A DNA stretch of 64,000 bases from an uncultured Planctomycetaceae bacterium (GTDB lineage: Bacteria > Planctomycetota > Planctomycetia > Isosphaerales > Isosphaeraceae): contig CAWIAD010000001.1 in assembly GCA_963833985.1 (NCBI GenBank), forward strand, positions 2,560,001 through 2,624,000, given 5' to 3'. The number at the start of each line of letters is the position of its first letter. The first letter of the stretch is position 1. Shown in pieces: positions 34,064-46,100 of this stretch. The notes under the pieces were generated by a model. The model ran no database searches. It had not been told where the DNA came from and was given only the letters and a program-made list of their open reading frames with translations. The translations under genes and the position numbers were made by a program.

Positions 34064-35885
34064 ATGTCGAGCGAGGAATGGGCGCCTGCGGCGGCACGGC
34101 GAATCGCGAGCGCCGCCAGATCCCTCCTGAGCATGCGTCATCTCCCGATCATCGCGGCATTGCTGTCGGTACTGCTGGCGCTGCCGGCGATAAGTGTCGG
34201 GTGGATCCTCGACGACTACTTTCATCGGACGATCCTCCTCGAACGGCCACACTTCCAGGCCCTGCTCGGCCCACCGTCGGACATGTTCCGGTTCTTCCAT
34301 GGGGATCCAGTCCGCACGGGCCGTCTCATGGACCTCGGATTGTTCCCCTGGTGGACCGACCCGATCCTCAAGGCGGAATTCCTCCAGGCCCTGACGGTTC
34401 TGACCCATCGCCTTGATTACGCGCTCTGGCCGGACTCCGCGGTGCTCATGCATCTTCACAGCCTGTTCTGGCTCGGCGCCGCGGTGGCCGCCACGGCGTG
34501 CTTCTACCGACGGTTGCTTGGTCCGGACTGGGTGGCGGGCGTCGCCTCCTTACTTTTCGCGCTGGACGACGCGCGGCCCCACCGTCGGTTTTCTGGCCAA
34601 TCGAAACGTGCTCGTGGCCGCGACCTTTGGCGTCTCGGCCCTGATCGCCCACGACCGCAGCAGGCGCGACGGCTCGCGAGCCGCCGGGGTACTGGCCCCG
34701 CTGCTGCTCATGGCCGCCCTGTTCTCCAAGGAGGAGGGAATCGGGACATGCGCCTACCTGGCCGCCTATGCGCTGTGCGTCGACCCCGAGGGGAAGCGCC
34801 GCGGTTGCCTGGCGCTCTGGCCTCATGTCCTGGTGGTCGTTGCCTGGGCAAGCCTCCGGGCCTACTGGGGCTACGGCGTCCGTGATATGGGCCTCTATAT
34901 CGACCCGTTGACTGATACCGCGCGCTTCCTCGCGGCCGCGGCCGTCCGCTTGCCGATGCTCCTGCTGGGCCAGTGGACCCCGGTTTCACCGGACCTGGCC
35001 ACCGTGCTGCCTGCGCGGATCTCCAACGTCCTATGGTGGTTCGCGCTGACGTTCCTGGGGGTGCTGCTGTTCGCGATGGCTCCGCTCCTCCGCCGCGATC
35101 CCCGGGCGCGGTTCTGTGCGGTGGGTATGCTTCTGGCGGCGATCCCCGTGAGCGCCACAATCCCGATGGATCGGTTGCTCACCTTCGTCGGCATCGGCGC
35201 CGCTGGCCTGCTGGCCCAGTTCTGGGCGTTCGTCTTCGTCGCCGAAGACGCTCCGTCGGACTTCCGCTGGCGGGTCCCGGCGAGGGCGCTGGCGTGGTTC
35301 CTCGTGGCCGTGCACGCGGTCATCGCTCCGATCATCCTTCCCTGGCGGGCAGCCAACCCCCTGGGGTCGCAGTGGGCCGAGAGGCGTCTTTACGTCCAGA
35401 CCGCGCTGGGATCGTCGCTGGAGGATCGGACCGTGGTGATCGTGAACGCGCCGAGCCCGGTAAATGCAAGTTATCTCATCCTGCGCCGGGAAGTGGCTGG
35501 ACAGTCCATACCGCGGCACACCCGCGTCCTGGCGCCCGCTGTCCCCTCCGTGATGATCCGCCGCCTGGACGAGCGGACGCTGGCGATCAAACCCCGGAAC
35601 GGCTACCTGCGATGGGCCCTCGACCGAGTGTTCCGAAGCGAGCGGCGACCCTTCGAAGTCGGTGAGCAGGTACGCCTCACGGGGATGACTGCCACGATCA
35701 GTTCCCTGACCGCCGATGGCCGTCCCGACGAGGCAAAGTTCCGGTTCGACGTGCCCCTGGAGTCGCCCTCCCTGCTGTGGCTCTGCTTCCGCGGCGACGG
35801 TTTTGAGCCGTTCACGCCTCCAGCCGTGGGCCAGGAAGTCGAGATTCGCTTCGACTGGAAGGCCTTCCTGTGGCCCGCCGCGTAG
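34064..35885 (+). CDS. TMTC-like GT-C fold membrane glycosyltransferase (frameshift near 34574)
   Basis: WILDDYFH after TM1, THRLDYALWP, HLHSL, DDARGPTVGFLANRN once frames are joined, LFSKE, DRLL; AGGAG RBS. Confidence 0.6.
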
Positions 35886-36348
35886 GCCGAGACCGGCTCG
35901 ATGAGTGACTCGAGCGCGAGCGCGGCACATTGATATCGCCCGATGCACTGGCGCACGAGCTGGAAGCCGTGATCAACGCTCGTCCTCGAGTTGCGCCGCG
36001 GAGCCCCAACTCCCGAGTGCCCCGCGCACCCGGCAATGAGTGCGATCCTTGCCAGCCCTGGTTGTCACCCGTGAGTGACCGATCAAGCGGTCCGCGCCTG
36101 GTCCGCCCGCATTCAGCTTCATAAAAACTGACCCGGATGATCACTCTGCTCGACGCCTTCCCGCGTGCATTCACCTAGAAAAGCGAGGGCTGCGTTGCAC
36201 GCTCGCTGCTTGTTTCCGGATTCCATCCTGTAGGCATGGCACTGACCTTTGTTTTTCGGGATGCTTCGCCACCGCTTGCTCTCCATGAGGTTGCGAAGCG
36301 CTCACCTCGAACGAAGCCAGTCTCAATCGGGTCGTCCGCGGGAGGGGA

Positions 36349-39300
36349 GTGATGGCTCAGCAATTCGAGCTTGCGTCATTGTCCGGGTGGCTCCTGGCGC
36401 TTTTCGCCCTGCTGGGGATTGGCACCCTTCGCGGAATCTCCATCCTCGACCAGCAGGAGCCGTCAAAAAGCTCCGCCGGACCTGAGAGCCAGGCGCCGGC
36501 TTCTCCGAAGAGCTCAAGCCCTCCCCCTGCCGGCAACTGGGAGGACCAAACACTTCAGCCGCTTATTGACCATTTCCAGGTTGATGGTGAGAACACCGTC
36601 AATGCCGATCAGCTGCTCACGCGCCTCGGTCAACCCGGGTCACCTCCCATTCTGACCTTGATCGCGAGCATGCCCGACCCCGACCAGAGCTCGAACCGTC
36701 ATCGGTTTGATGAATGGATCGGTGCCCTTCAGCGTGCCGTGGAATCTCAAGATTTCGTGCTCGACTCATTCCGGACGGTGGGACCCGCTACGCCCACCGT
36801 CAACTCGCCTACCCCGTCCCCGACGGCAACGGAAGCACCTCGAGGCGGCCCTCGACCGCCGGCTGCGACGGCGGGTGTTGTCCCCGAGGCTGATCGGACC
36901 TGCGCGGATGTGCGGGTCGGCCGTCTGCCCGGACTTTTCGTGTTTCGCAAGGCTCCGAGAACTCAGGGAGCCGCACCAGATGCAAGCCGTCCGGCGGAGC
37001 AACTCTTCACCGAGGCGTGCGGCGCCGGACCGGAGGCACGCGCAACGCTGCTCCTGGTCTTCATTGTCCCCGAGACGCCCACCGCCGGCCTGGACAAGGT
37101 CATCCTGAGAAAGTGCCTTGAGCTGGTGAAGAAGCTGGACGCACTGCCCCCGAACCATGGTTCATTCGCCCAGGGCACCGCGTTTCATTTGCTCGCCCCC
37201 ACGTTCTCCGGAGGCCAGGCTTCGCTGCACCAGGTGCTGGTCGATTGGGCGAATCACCATCTCGGGCCAGCCGACCAGTTTCATCTCATTTCGGGGACCG
37301 CGATGGAGGTGGACGCGGCTCTGCTCGCCCGGAATGTGTCTCCGCACAGCGTCGAGTTTCACGCCACCACCCACCGCAACGAGGATGTCGAGGGGGCAAT
37401 CCTGAATTATCTTGATCCAGGCGGGACCTCCAGAATCGCCATGCTCCAGGAGTCCAACACGTCGTTCGGCGGCGAGTCACGATCCCGGAGCTTCAGAGGC
37501 GCGATCGCGGCAGACAATCGGGAGGCGAATCACGATCAGCGCTTTGTCTACTACCCCTTTCCGCTCCACATCTCCAAGCTGCGCGGCTCGTACGAACGGA
37601 GAGGCCTGTTCCACAGTCGTCAGAACCCGGCGCTTCGAACTGCCGAGCAGCTCACGGTCCCTTTCGGCGAGCTTGACAACGCGCGTGATCTCATCGAGCC
37701 TCAAACCCCACTCTTCACGACCGCGGTGGACGAATTGACGCTCGATCAGATCTTGACGGACATCAATCGTCAACAGATTGACAAGGTCGGCATCGTGGCC
37801 ACGGACCCTCTGGACACCATTTTTCTCGCCAGGGAGGTCAGGCGGTTTCGCCCCGACGCACAGATTTTCACGACCCAGGGAAACCTGCTCTACACTCATC
37901 CCGAATTCATCTCGGACCTCCGGGGAATGATTGTCGGCTCGACGTACCCCCTGTTCCCATCCAACCAGTCATGGAGCTACACGTATCAGCGTGATCAAAC
38001 TCACGCGTTCTTCGTGAGCGACAACGCGCAAGGCGTCTATAACGCCGTGGTAGGGCATCTCGCGGAGATCTTCAAACGCCGGTCGGAGTTGCGCGGGGTG
38101 AAAGAGCCGAACTTCCTGGAGTATGGCCAGCCCTTCGTGCCGCCCCACTCGGGATTCAACAAGCCGCCGATCTGGATCAGCGTCGTTGGATATCGGGGAC
38201 TCTATCCATTGAAGGTGATCAGAACCAAGGAGAATCAGGGCGAAGAGAAATACTTGCTCGACGTCAGATCATTGCTCTCGCAACCGGAACCGCAACCGAA
38301 CGCGCTGCCTGACTGGGAGGCGCGGCATTTTGCTCCCCTGTGCACTCCCGCCTGGCGCGTGCTCTTCTGGACCGTCAGTGCACTGAGCGCGCTGCTTTCA
38401 CTGGTCGGGATCCTCATCCTTGTATGGACGTGGGAGCGGAATCCGACCGCCGCAAGCACCGAGACACGGCCAGGCGCGACTGTCGCCACGGCGGCACGGA
38501 GCGGGGTCGCGAGTCACCTTGCGAAGCTGCGATCCTTCCTGAACTGCGCCCGGCGCGAAGCTGCCGGCAACAGTGGGAAGTCCCTGCCATTGACTGGACC
38601 TGGCCTGTACGCCCCCTTCTTCTTCCTGCTTCTGCTCACGGGCTATGTCGCCTTGACGCTTCCCCTGTACCGGCTGGTCATGATTCCGTGGGTCGCCTTG
38701 GAACCATTTTCACGGGCGCCTTCCTGCTTCCGGCTTGCTCTGGGGGCATTCTTCACCACGGCCCTGATTGCGGTCGCCATGCTGGCAACCCTGGCCGCGG
38801 CAGCACGCCCCGCCGTCCTCACGATGATCCCGGACCTGAGAATGGCAAGCTGGACACGTGGAAGGCGCCGGCGCTGGTCGCGGGCTGCCTCGTCGGCCTG
38901 GTGCTGTTCCCCGCCACCGTGCTGGCATTCGGCCGCGCGAACGAAGAACCGTTGCCGAACCTGTACCTGTACGCACCAAGCCAGGCGACGATGGATAGCC
39001 TGCTGCGGTTCGCGCGCATGAATTCGATCACCAGCGGCGTGTCACCGATGATCACGATGCTTCTTCTGTTCCTTGCCCTCTTCAGCTGGCTCTATGCTCA
39101 GCTCCGCCGTCGGGCCGTCGGGAATCGCGGCCGGCAGGAAGGGATCCGCAGACCCTGCTGCTCCGAGGGATACTGGGGTACCATTTGCGACATCATCGAC
39201 CAGCGCAGGCGCTACGAGGAAGCACTCAGCACGCCGTGGCCGTGGGTTCTGGCCCGCCAGGTGAGCTGGGCGTACTCGGTGGTAGTCCTGGTGTACGGCT

Positions 39301-40359
39301 TCTACTTCCTGAGCCCGGCGGTTTTTCGTTTCTCTGCGGTGGCGCTCGGTGATTATTCCTCAATGGATGGCCCGGTCTTCGAGCTCAGCTTTCAGGCGTT
39401 CTACCTCGTCCTGCTGGCACTTCTGGTCTACCACGCATTCCGTCTCATGATCCTCTGGAACTGGCTTCACTCGCTGATGAAGACCGTACTCCGCCTGCCG
39501 CTCCTGCACGCGCTCGATCGGATGCCTCTGCGAGTCGCTCGCTGGTTCTTCGAGCCGGCAAACGGCAACCACGATCGGGATGAGCTGATCGATCAGCAAG
39601 TCACCGCGCTCAAGGCGCTTCACGACGAGCAGTGGTGGAGCGAGTTCAGCACATTTCGCGCAGCGCCCGGAAGGCTGGAAATGGCAAGGGCTCACAAAAC
39701 AGCAACTTCATGATCGGGAAAAGATGGAAAAAGCGTTGAGCGACCCTCATGATCCTGCTTCACGCCAGGCAATCATGTCCATCCTGGTCGCCTCATGGGA
39801 GGGGGTCCCGGTCACCACGGCCTTCTCGGAGAAGGAACATCAGGTCTCTGGATCCGCGGCTACCCTGGTGCGCGGGGCACTGCCGGCTCCGGTCGCGGAA
39901 GCGTCCAGCGCTCATCCAGTCGCCAGAGCGGGCAGGGGCCTCCAGGAATGGGGCCGCCGCGCCGAGGACCTGATGGCGATCTTCTTCCTGCGCTGGCTGG
40001 CCGCAGCGCTCTGCCAGATCTGGATCCTGCTCGGATTCCTGGTCGTGGGCTCCCTCTCGCTGCTCATGGCCGTGAGCTCCTACCCGATCCCCTATCAGAG
40101 CCAGGCCATCTTCGGTCTCAAGCTGCTCATCGCCTTGCTGGCCGTGGTCATCGGCTGGATTGTCGTGGGGCTGAACCGGGATGAGCTCATCAGCCGGATC
40201 TCGAACACCACGCCGAACCAGTTGACACTCGACGGCAACCTGCTCTCCAGCCTCTTCACCTACGTAATTCCGCTTCTGGGAATTCTCGTGGTGTTCTCCT
40301 TCGACGCCTCGGACATGATCCGGGCACTGCTCGACCCGATTCTCCGGCAGCTGCGTTGA
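36349..40359 (+). CDS. Very large hypothetical membrane protein, about 1,330 aa (frameshifts near 38.8 kb and 39668)
   Basis: ORFs 36349-39021, 38340-39713 and 39724-40359 join through open alternate frames. Architecture: N-terminal TM, roughly 600-aa alpha/beta extracytoplasmic region, then many TM helices. Confidence 0.7.
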
Positions 40360-40391
40360 GCCGCGGACGTTCGGGGTGCGGCCCTGGCCGA

Positions 40392-41876
40392 TCAATGGCC
40401 GAAGGCCCACTGCTGAACTTCCCGGAACAGCCCGAAGACGCTGTACGCCGCGACGGCGGTGATGCCGAAGAAGGCGAGCCAGGTGAACAGGTCCGTGAGG
40501 AAGCCAGGGCCGACGCGGCGATCATCGTCGCGGCCGCGGAGATAGAGCGTGGCGCCGGCGATCAAGGGGAGCATGAGCGCCTGGGCGATGCCGCCCGCCT
40601 TGATCAGACCCTGCGGCTCGCGGAAGGCGTAATACAGGCCCAAAGCCAGTATGGGGTAGACCACGCAGAAGAGTCGCACCACGCGCTCGCGGCCGCGATG
40701 ATCGGCAGGTCGCCAGATGCCCGCCAGCAGCAGGAAATCAGCCGTGAGCCGGCTGTTCGCCGCCGTGGCAACATAGAGCGTCTTGAACAGAACCGCCCAG
40801 GCGCCCAGCAGGAAGCCGACTCGGGTCAGTCCGCGCAGGCCCTGAAGCGCCGTGCCTTCCAGCGGCCCGAGGTACATCTTCGAGAGCGTGGGAATCATCT
40901 CCGAGCCCTGCGGATCCAGGCCCTGCGGATGCAAGACCGCGGCCCCCAGAAGATAGAAGGCCACCGTCGCAATGGTGAACACGGCCATGCTGAACCAGGC
41001 ATCGAATTGCATCACCCGGATCCAGCCGCGGGCGCGGCGGACCCAGCCGTCGTCGGCCGTGCGCGGCCCCGCACTGCGGGCATAACCCTTCTCGATGCAC
41101 CAGTAAGGATAGGCCACCAGCTCCGAGGCGCCGACGCCCGTGATCCCGAACGCCGAGAACGCCAGCGCCAGCGCCGAGGCGGGAAAGCTGAAAGTCAGAC
41201 CCTGCCGGAGGTCGGGCCACGTGATCCGGAACCGCGTCCATTGCAGGATCACCACGCTGACCACCGTGAACAGCGTCACACCTGCCACCAGGATGGTGGT
41301 GATGGTCTCCAGCCGCTTGTACCCCCCCGAAAGCAGCAGCAGGACGGCAGCCACGGTGGTGAGCCCGGCCCAGATATATTCCTGTCGTGTGGCCAGGAAG
41401 GAACCCCATGCGGGAACCACGGCGCCCGCGGCGTTGGCCAGGATGTGCGAGATACCCGGAAAGGCCATATGAGCCGCCTGGCCGACGGTGCCCTCCATGG
41501 CGGCAATCTGCGCCTGGGTGGTGAGCATCATCACCAGCCAGAGCCAGCAGATCCAGGCGGTTCCCAGCCGGGGGCCGGGTAGCGTGTCGAAGGCCGCCAG
41601 CGTGGTCTTGCCGTGGGTGATGGCGTATCGGCCCAGTTCCACCTGGACGAAGACCTTGATCACGCACGAAAGCACGATCAACCAGAGCAAGGCGAAGCCG
41701 GCCCGGGCACCCAGCCCCGTCGTGTTGATCAGTTCTCCCGTGCCCACGATCGACGCCGCCAGGATCAGGCCCGGGCCAAGCTGGCGAATCGTGCCCCCCA
41801 GCGTGCGCGGAGGCTCGCCGATGGCGTCGGCCGGCAGGGCGTAGAGGTCCTCGGGTGGCTGCGCCGGTTGGCTCAT
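40392..41876 (-). CDS. Nramp-family divalent metal transporter-like protein
   Basis: LGPGLILAASIVGTGELI, GFALLW, VQVELGRY, GITGVGASELVAYPYWCIEKGY, FYLLGAAVLH. Confidence 0.85.
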   Translation of the reverse strand: MSQPAQPPEDLYALPADAIGEPPRTLGGTIRQLGPGLILAASIVGTGELINTTGLGARAGFALLWLIVLSCVIKVFVQVELGRYAITHGKTTLAAFDTLPGPRLGTAWICWLWLVMMLTTQAQIAAMEGTVGQAAHMAFPGISHILANAAGAVVPAWGSFLATRQEYIWAGLTTVAAVLLLLSGGYKRLETITTILVAGVTLFTVVSVVILQWTRFRITWPDLRQGLTFSFPASALALAFSAFGITGVGASELVAYPYWCIEKGYARSAGPRTADDGWVRRARGWIRVMQFDAWFSMAVFTIATVAFYLLGAAVLHPQGLDPQGSEMIPTLSKMYLGPLEGTALQGLRGLTRVGFLLGAWAVLFKTLYVATAANSRLTADFLLLAGIWRPADHRGRERVVRLFCVVYPILALGLYYAFREPQGLIKAGGIAQALMLPLIAGATLYLRGRDDDRRVGPGFLTDLFTWLAFFGITAVAAYSVFGLFREVQQWAFGH

Positions 41877-42132
41877 TCTGCCTCGCAGTCGAGCGGTGGG
41901 TCGGGCCGACAAAGTGTGGCCCGCTATCCTACGCCATGATTTCTTCACCTTGCAAAGGGCGGGTGCCTGATTGTCGCATCCGGACCGGCCGCGTCGATCC
42001 AGACCAGCGCATGCTCAGCCGCCGTCGCTTTCGGGAAACGGTCCGCCGGACGCTTGCGGTTGTCTCAGCCCCCCGGCCTAGCCTTGATTGTGCAACAGGG
42101 CCTGAACCCATCACGCGGCGAGGAACTACGGT

Positions 42133-43466
42133 ATGCCCGGGTTGATCCTGGCTCGATCACAGATGCGGCGTGGGAGTGAGCTGGTCCTGGGTTCCAGCGT
42201 CTTTACGCCGCTCTCGGGATCGTATTGCGAGCTGACGTTCGTGGTCGGCACGGCGGCCACGAGGCTCAGCGATCGGAGCAAGAGCCGGGCCAGCCCGGCC
42301 AGCCGCGTGAGCGAGGTTCCCTCATCGGCGGCGCCGCTTGCGGATTCGATCCTCGAGCCAGGCATGCGGTTCGGCCCGTACCGGCTGATCCGGCGGCTGG
42401 GCAGCGGTGCTCAGGGCGATGTCTGGAAGGCGCGCAGGCATCATCCCAGGAGCGACATCATCGCGCTGAAGGTGCTCAGTCCCGCGCTGGCGAAACTGCC
42501 GCACCGCCTGGCCCAGTTCCGCCGTGAAGCGGAGCGCGGGGCCAAGCTGGCGGGGCCGTCACTGCTGCCAATCTTCGAATTTGGCGAGATCGAAGGCGTC
42601 CATTACATGACCATGCCACTCGTCGAGGGAACCACGCTCCAGCAGGTGATCAAGCGCCGCCGAGCCCACCAGCGCGGTCAAACGGTCCATCTCGTCCATC
42701 CGCTCGTGGCCATGGAGCAAGAACTCTATGTGCCGGCGGCGGCGCGCGTGCTCTCCCGGGCCGCGCGGCGCTGGGCCAGATTCATGATTGCCACGTGGCG
42801 CACCGCGACGTGAAGCCGGCGAATATCCTGCTCGACGGCCGGCCGACCGGCGGCGTCTACCTCTGCGACCTGGGGCTGGGCCGCGACCTGGAAATCGCCA
42901 CGTCCGAGCAGATGCGCGACGGCGCGGGTACGCCCATGTACATGGCGCCCGAGCGGCTGCTCAAGGCGCCGGCCAATGAGATCCTGTGCGATATCTACTC
43001 GCTGGGCGTCACGCTTTTTGAGACCCTCACACTGGCCCGCCCGTTCGATGTCGCCGGCGACCTGCCGCTCGCCTGTCTTTCAGCCAGGCTAGCCGTGGCC
43101 GAGCCGCAGAGGCCCCGCAAGCTCAACCCTGAGATCCCTTCCGAGCTGGAGGCGATCATCCTCAAGGCGATGGGGAGGAACCCGGGCCAGCGGCACCAGT
43201 CCGCCTACCACCTTGCGGGCGAGCTGGAATCGTTCCTTGAGGGCCGCAGCGAACGTCACGGACGGCCGTTTGCAACACCGGCGAAGCCGGGCATCCCGCC
43301 GCCTCACGTCGCGGTCGTGGCGCAGGCCCCCGCGCCAGGCCGCACACCGATGGCAACGGCATCGGCCCCCGAGCACGCACTGATTGGGCTGGAAAGTTGC
43401 CGACCTTACGTTCGTGAACTAGGGTTCCTACAGAGCCAGACGGCCCGCTTTCCCCGCCAGTCTTGA
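42133..43466 (+). CDS. Hanks-type Ser/Thr protein kinase (frameshift near 42768)
   Basis: LGSGAQGDVW, ALKVL, FRREAE; then HRDVKPANILL, DLGLGR, GTPMYMAPE, DIYSLG. Start uncertain. Confidence 0.88.
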
Positions 43467-43690
43467 TCCGTTTCGGATCGTGCCGGACCGTCTCAGCCTT
43501 CCTGTCGACATCGTCGCCATTGCCGGAGCTTCGGCCATGTGGGTGATCTTCGTGAAGCTGTTTTCTCCCGCCCCCTGGTGGCTCGAGCCCCGGCCGCAGA
43601 CGGTCCCCAAGACGAATCCACGGCCCGCCCCGCTTGCAAGGCCGCGCTGAACCGGTCCGTCACACCGGGGAGGGCGCCAGGCGGGTCCGG

Positions 43691-43975
43691 TCAGCCTTCG
43701 GTCACCGGGCGGAATTCTCGGTCGATGATGACCCAGCGGCCCGGAATCTCCTCCTTGCCGATGCGTAGGTCCCAGACCGCCAGGCCGGAGCCGTCGTACG
43801 TGCGGCAGGAGGCTTCGCCGATGGGCATGGGAAGATCGGGCGCCTCGAGAACGCCGATGGACCCGGGCACATCGCCGTAGCGCACCGGGCCGTCATGGCT
43901 GATGTGCGCGAAATACCTGGGCTTCGCCACGGGGTGAGCCGTGAAACCTGGCGACGCGGACGGCAGCGGCTTCAT
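43691..43975 (-). CDS. Hypothetical protein (94 aa)
   Basis: ATGA overlap with the upstream gene stop; protein-like composition. Confidence 0.65.
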   Translation of the reverse strand: MKPLPSASPGFTAHPVAKPRYFAHISHDGPVRYGDVPGSIGVLEAPDLPMPIGEASCRTYDGSGLAVWDLRIGKEEIPGRWVIIDREFRPVTEG

Positions 43976-44490
43976 TCCTCCTCGTCGTCCGGCTCATCAT
44001 CGGCATCGAGATCGGCTTCTTCTTCCTCGTCCAGCTCCTCCTCGTCCTCGATGATCGCCGCGGCCTGCTTCGCGGCTGCCTTGGGCGGGGGCGTCTCGAC
44101 GCGCGGGATGACCGCTCCAATCCCCGGAGCATCCTCGGCCATCGGCTCCTTGGTGCGTTGTACGAAATGAGTGCCGCGGCCCTTCGCCGTGAGCTCCGCG
44201 GCCCTGGCCTCGGCCGCCTCTTTCTGCGTGTAGTCGAAGGTGCCGACTGCCTTGTAGGCGTCGTTCATGACGGTCCAGACGATCTTCATCCGGGCCGCAG
44301 GCTTGGCCGCCCGGCTCGACTTGGCCTTGGGCTTGGCCGGGGCCTTCTTCTTCTTGGGTTTGCGCTCCTGGACCTCCTCTTCGTCGGCCTCCTCGACGAC
44401 TTCTTCGGGCTCGTCCTCGATCGGATCGGGATCCTCAGCGGCCTCGCTCTGACGTCTCAATTCCAGCCGATTCAACGGTTTCCCAGCCAT
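43972..44490 (-). CDS. Hypothetical protein with acidic and Lys/Ala-rich segments
   Basis: NRLELRRQSEAAE, KPKKKKAPAKPKAK, folded-looking core RMKIVWTVMNDAYKAVGTFDYTQKEAAE...HFVQRTKEPM; strong coding bias. Confidence 0.75.
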   Translation of the reverse strand: MAGKPLNRLELRRQSEAAEDPDPIEDEPEEVVEEADEEEVQERKPKKKKAPAKPKAKSSRAAKPAARMKIVWTVMNDAYKAVGTFDYTQKEAAEARAAELTAKGRGTHFVQRTKEPMAEDAPGIGAVIPRVETPPPKAAAKQAAAIIEDEEELDEEEEADLDADDEPDDEEE

Positions 44491-44606
44491 GAAACCGGTC
44501 CTCTCGCGTTCGCGACGAACAGGTGTCTTGATCAGTAAGCACGAGCTTGACCACCGGCGCGGCCGATCCGGCCGGCGGGGGTGGAAGGAACGTCCATGCC
44601 CGCATC

Positions 44607-45134
44607 TTAATCAATCAATGGCAGCTTGAACAGGGCCGCCGGAGCGTGCCTGGGCGCGCGCCGGTCGCTGCGCCATGGCTGGCCCGCGAGCGCCGGCGCT
44701 GCCGTCCCTGCCTCCGAACGCTGGCTGGTGCCACAAAGCTCGCCCCGGATGCGGGCCAGAAGGTCGGAGGGATGGTAGGGCTTGGAAAGGAACGAGACCA
44801 CATTCAGCTCGCTCAGGCCGCGAATATGGTCGTCCAGGATCGCGGCGCTACAGATGATCACCGGCTGGTCCGCCCTGCGCTCCTTGATGCGCCGGCAGAC
44901 CTCCAACCCCGGGAGCAGGGGCAAATTGAGATCGAGCAAGACCAGATCGAAAGGATAGCCGGAGCAGAAGCGGTCGACTCCCTCCCGGCCGTCGCCGGCC
45001 TCTTCGATCTCGAAACCCTCGCCTCGCAAGAACTGCGCGACCAGCCCCCGAAGAATCGCTTCGTCCTCGACCAGCAGAATCTTTCCTGGCCGCTCACCAA
45101 TTCTGGCCGCCACGGACCGGTTCGGGCTTCCCAT
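44607..45134 (-). CDS. Response regulator receiver (CheY-like) protein
   Basis: ILLVEDE, FDLVLLDLNLP, VIICSA, FLSKPY; no output domain. Confidence 0.88.
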   Translation of the reverse strand: MGSPNRSVAARIGERPGKILLVEDEAILRGLVAQFLRGEGFEIEEAGDGREGVDRFCSGYPFDLVLLDLNLPLLPGLEVCRRIKERRADQPVIICSAAILDDHIRGLSELNVVSFLSKPYHPSDLLARIRGELCGTSQRSEAGTAAPALAGQPWRSDRRAPRHAPAALFKLPLID

Positions 45135-45425
45135 CGCATCTGCTCCCCGATCCTCGACCGTGGCCAGGCGATGAGGTGTGGCGTCGGGATGCGGGGCAAG
45201 CGACCGGACCGGGCAGAGGAAGAAATGAGATCTGTTGGCACCAGGAACGCGGTGGCCGATCATCATCCATGAACGGCACCATGCCACGCGGCAGAACACC
45301 GGGATTGTACGAGTATCGGCAGGACGCGCCCATGCGAACTTTGGCCCCGAGGCCGCCATGCGGCCACCCGGGCCGCTCTGGATGCAGCCCGCAAAGCGAG
45401 CAAGCCCTGCCGCTGTCCGCACCGG

Positions 45426-45659
45426 TCAGGACAGCGGAACCTGCGGGGACGCTGTCCCGGCGGGGAGCCCCGGGTTTTGTGGAACGGCGCGATCAACCCC
45501 CAGCGACTGGCAGAGAAAGGCAATCGCCACGTGCTTGGTGACGTTCAAACCGAGGATTCCCCACAACGCTCCCAGCCGGAACAGCCAGAAGTTGAGCGCA
45601 ATGCACGCGACCAGGCCGAGCAGTCCGGCGATCGAGAGCTGGAAGTTACGATGTTCCAT
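45426..45659 (-). CDS. Small membrane protein
   Basis: MEHRNFQLSIAGLLGLVACIALNFWLFRLGALWG...; two hydrophobic stretches. Confidence 0.6.
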   Translation of the reverse strand: MEHRNFQLSIAGLLGLVACIALNFWLFRLGALWGILGLNVTKHVAIAFLCQSLGVDRAVPQNPGLPAGTASPQVPLS

Positions 45660-46100
45660 GAAAGCATTATGGGTATGCGTGCTCGAAGCGGAAAGTGGCA
45701 CAGTGCTCAAGACTTCGGGTCTGCTCCGTTTTACGGGAACCCGAAAAACTTACGCAAAGGCCGTTCCGCGGCGCCCGGGTCCCGCGGCAGGAGTTCTGCC
45801 GGGGCATGCAGGCGGCGCGGAAGTGCAGTGCAGCGGGTGCGGACCATATGGTCGGCGACGCCGACTGACCGCGTTGTTGCGGGCCCGTGTCGGCATGGGT
45901 ACCCTCTGGCGAAGCTGGGTGTTACGGTTTAGCATGATGGCGCATCACTGACTGGGACGATGATCTTTCGGCCGAGGCTTCCCAATGTTAGCTTCTGCGT
46001 CATCGAGCCGCCCGCTCGGTTGCGGCGCAACACGGCCCGGCGCAGCTCCCAGATGCGTCCGACCGCTCCGAAGGTTCAACAAGGCATAGATCAACCCACC

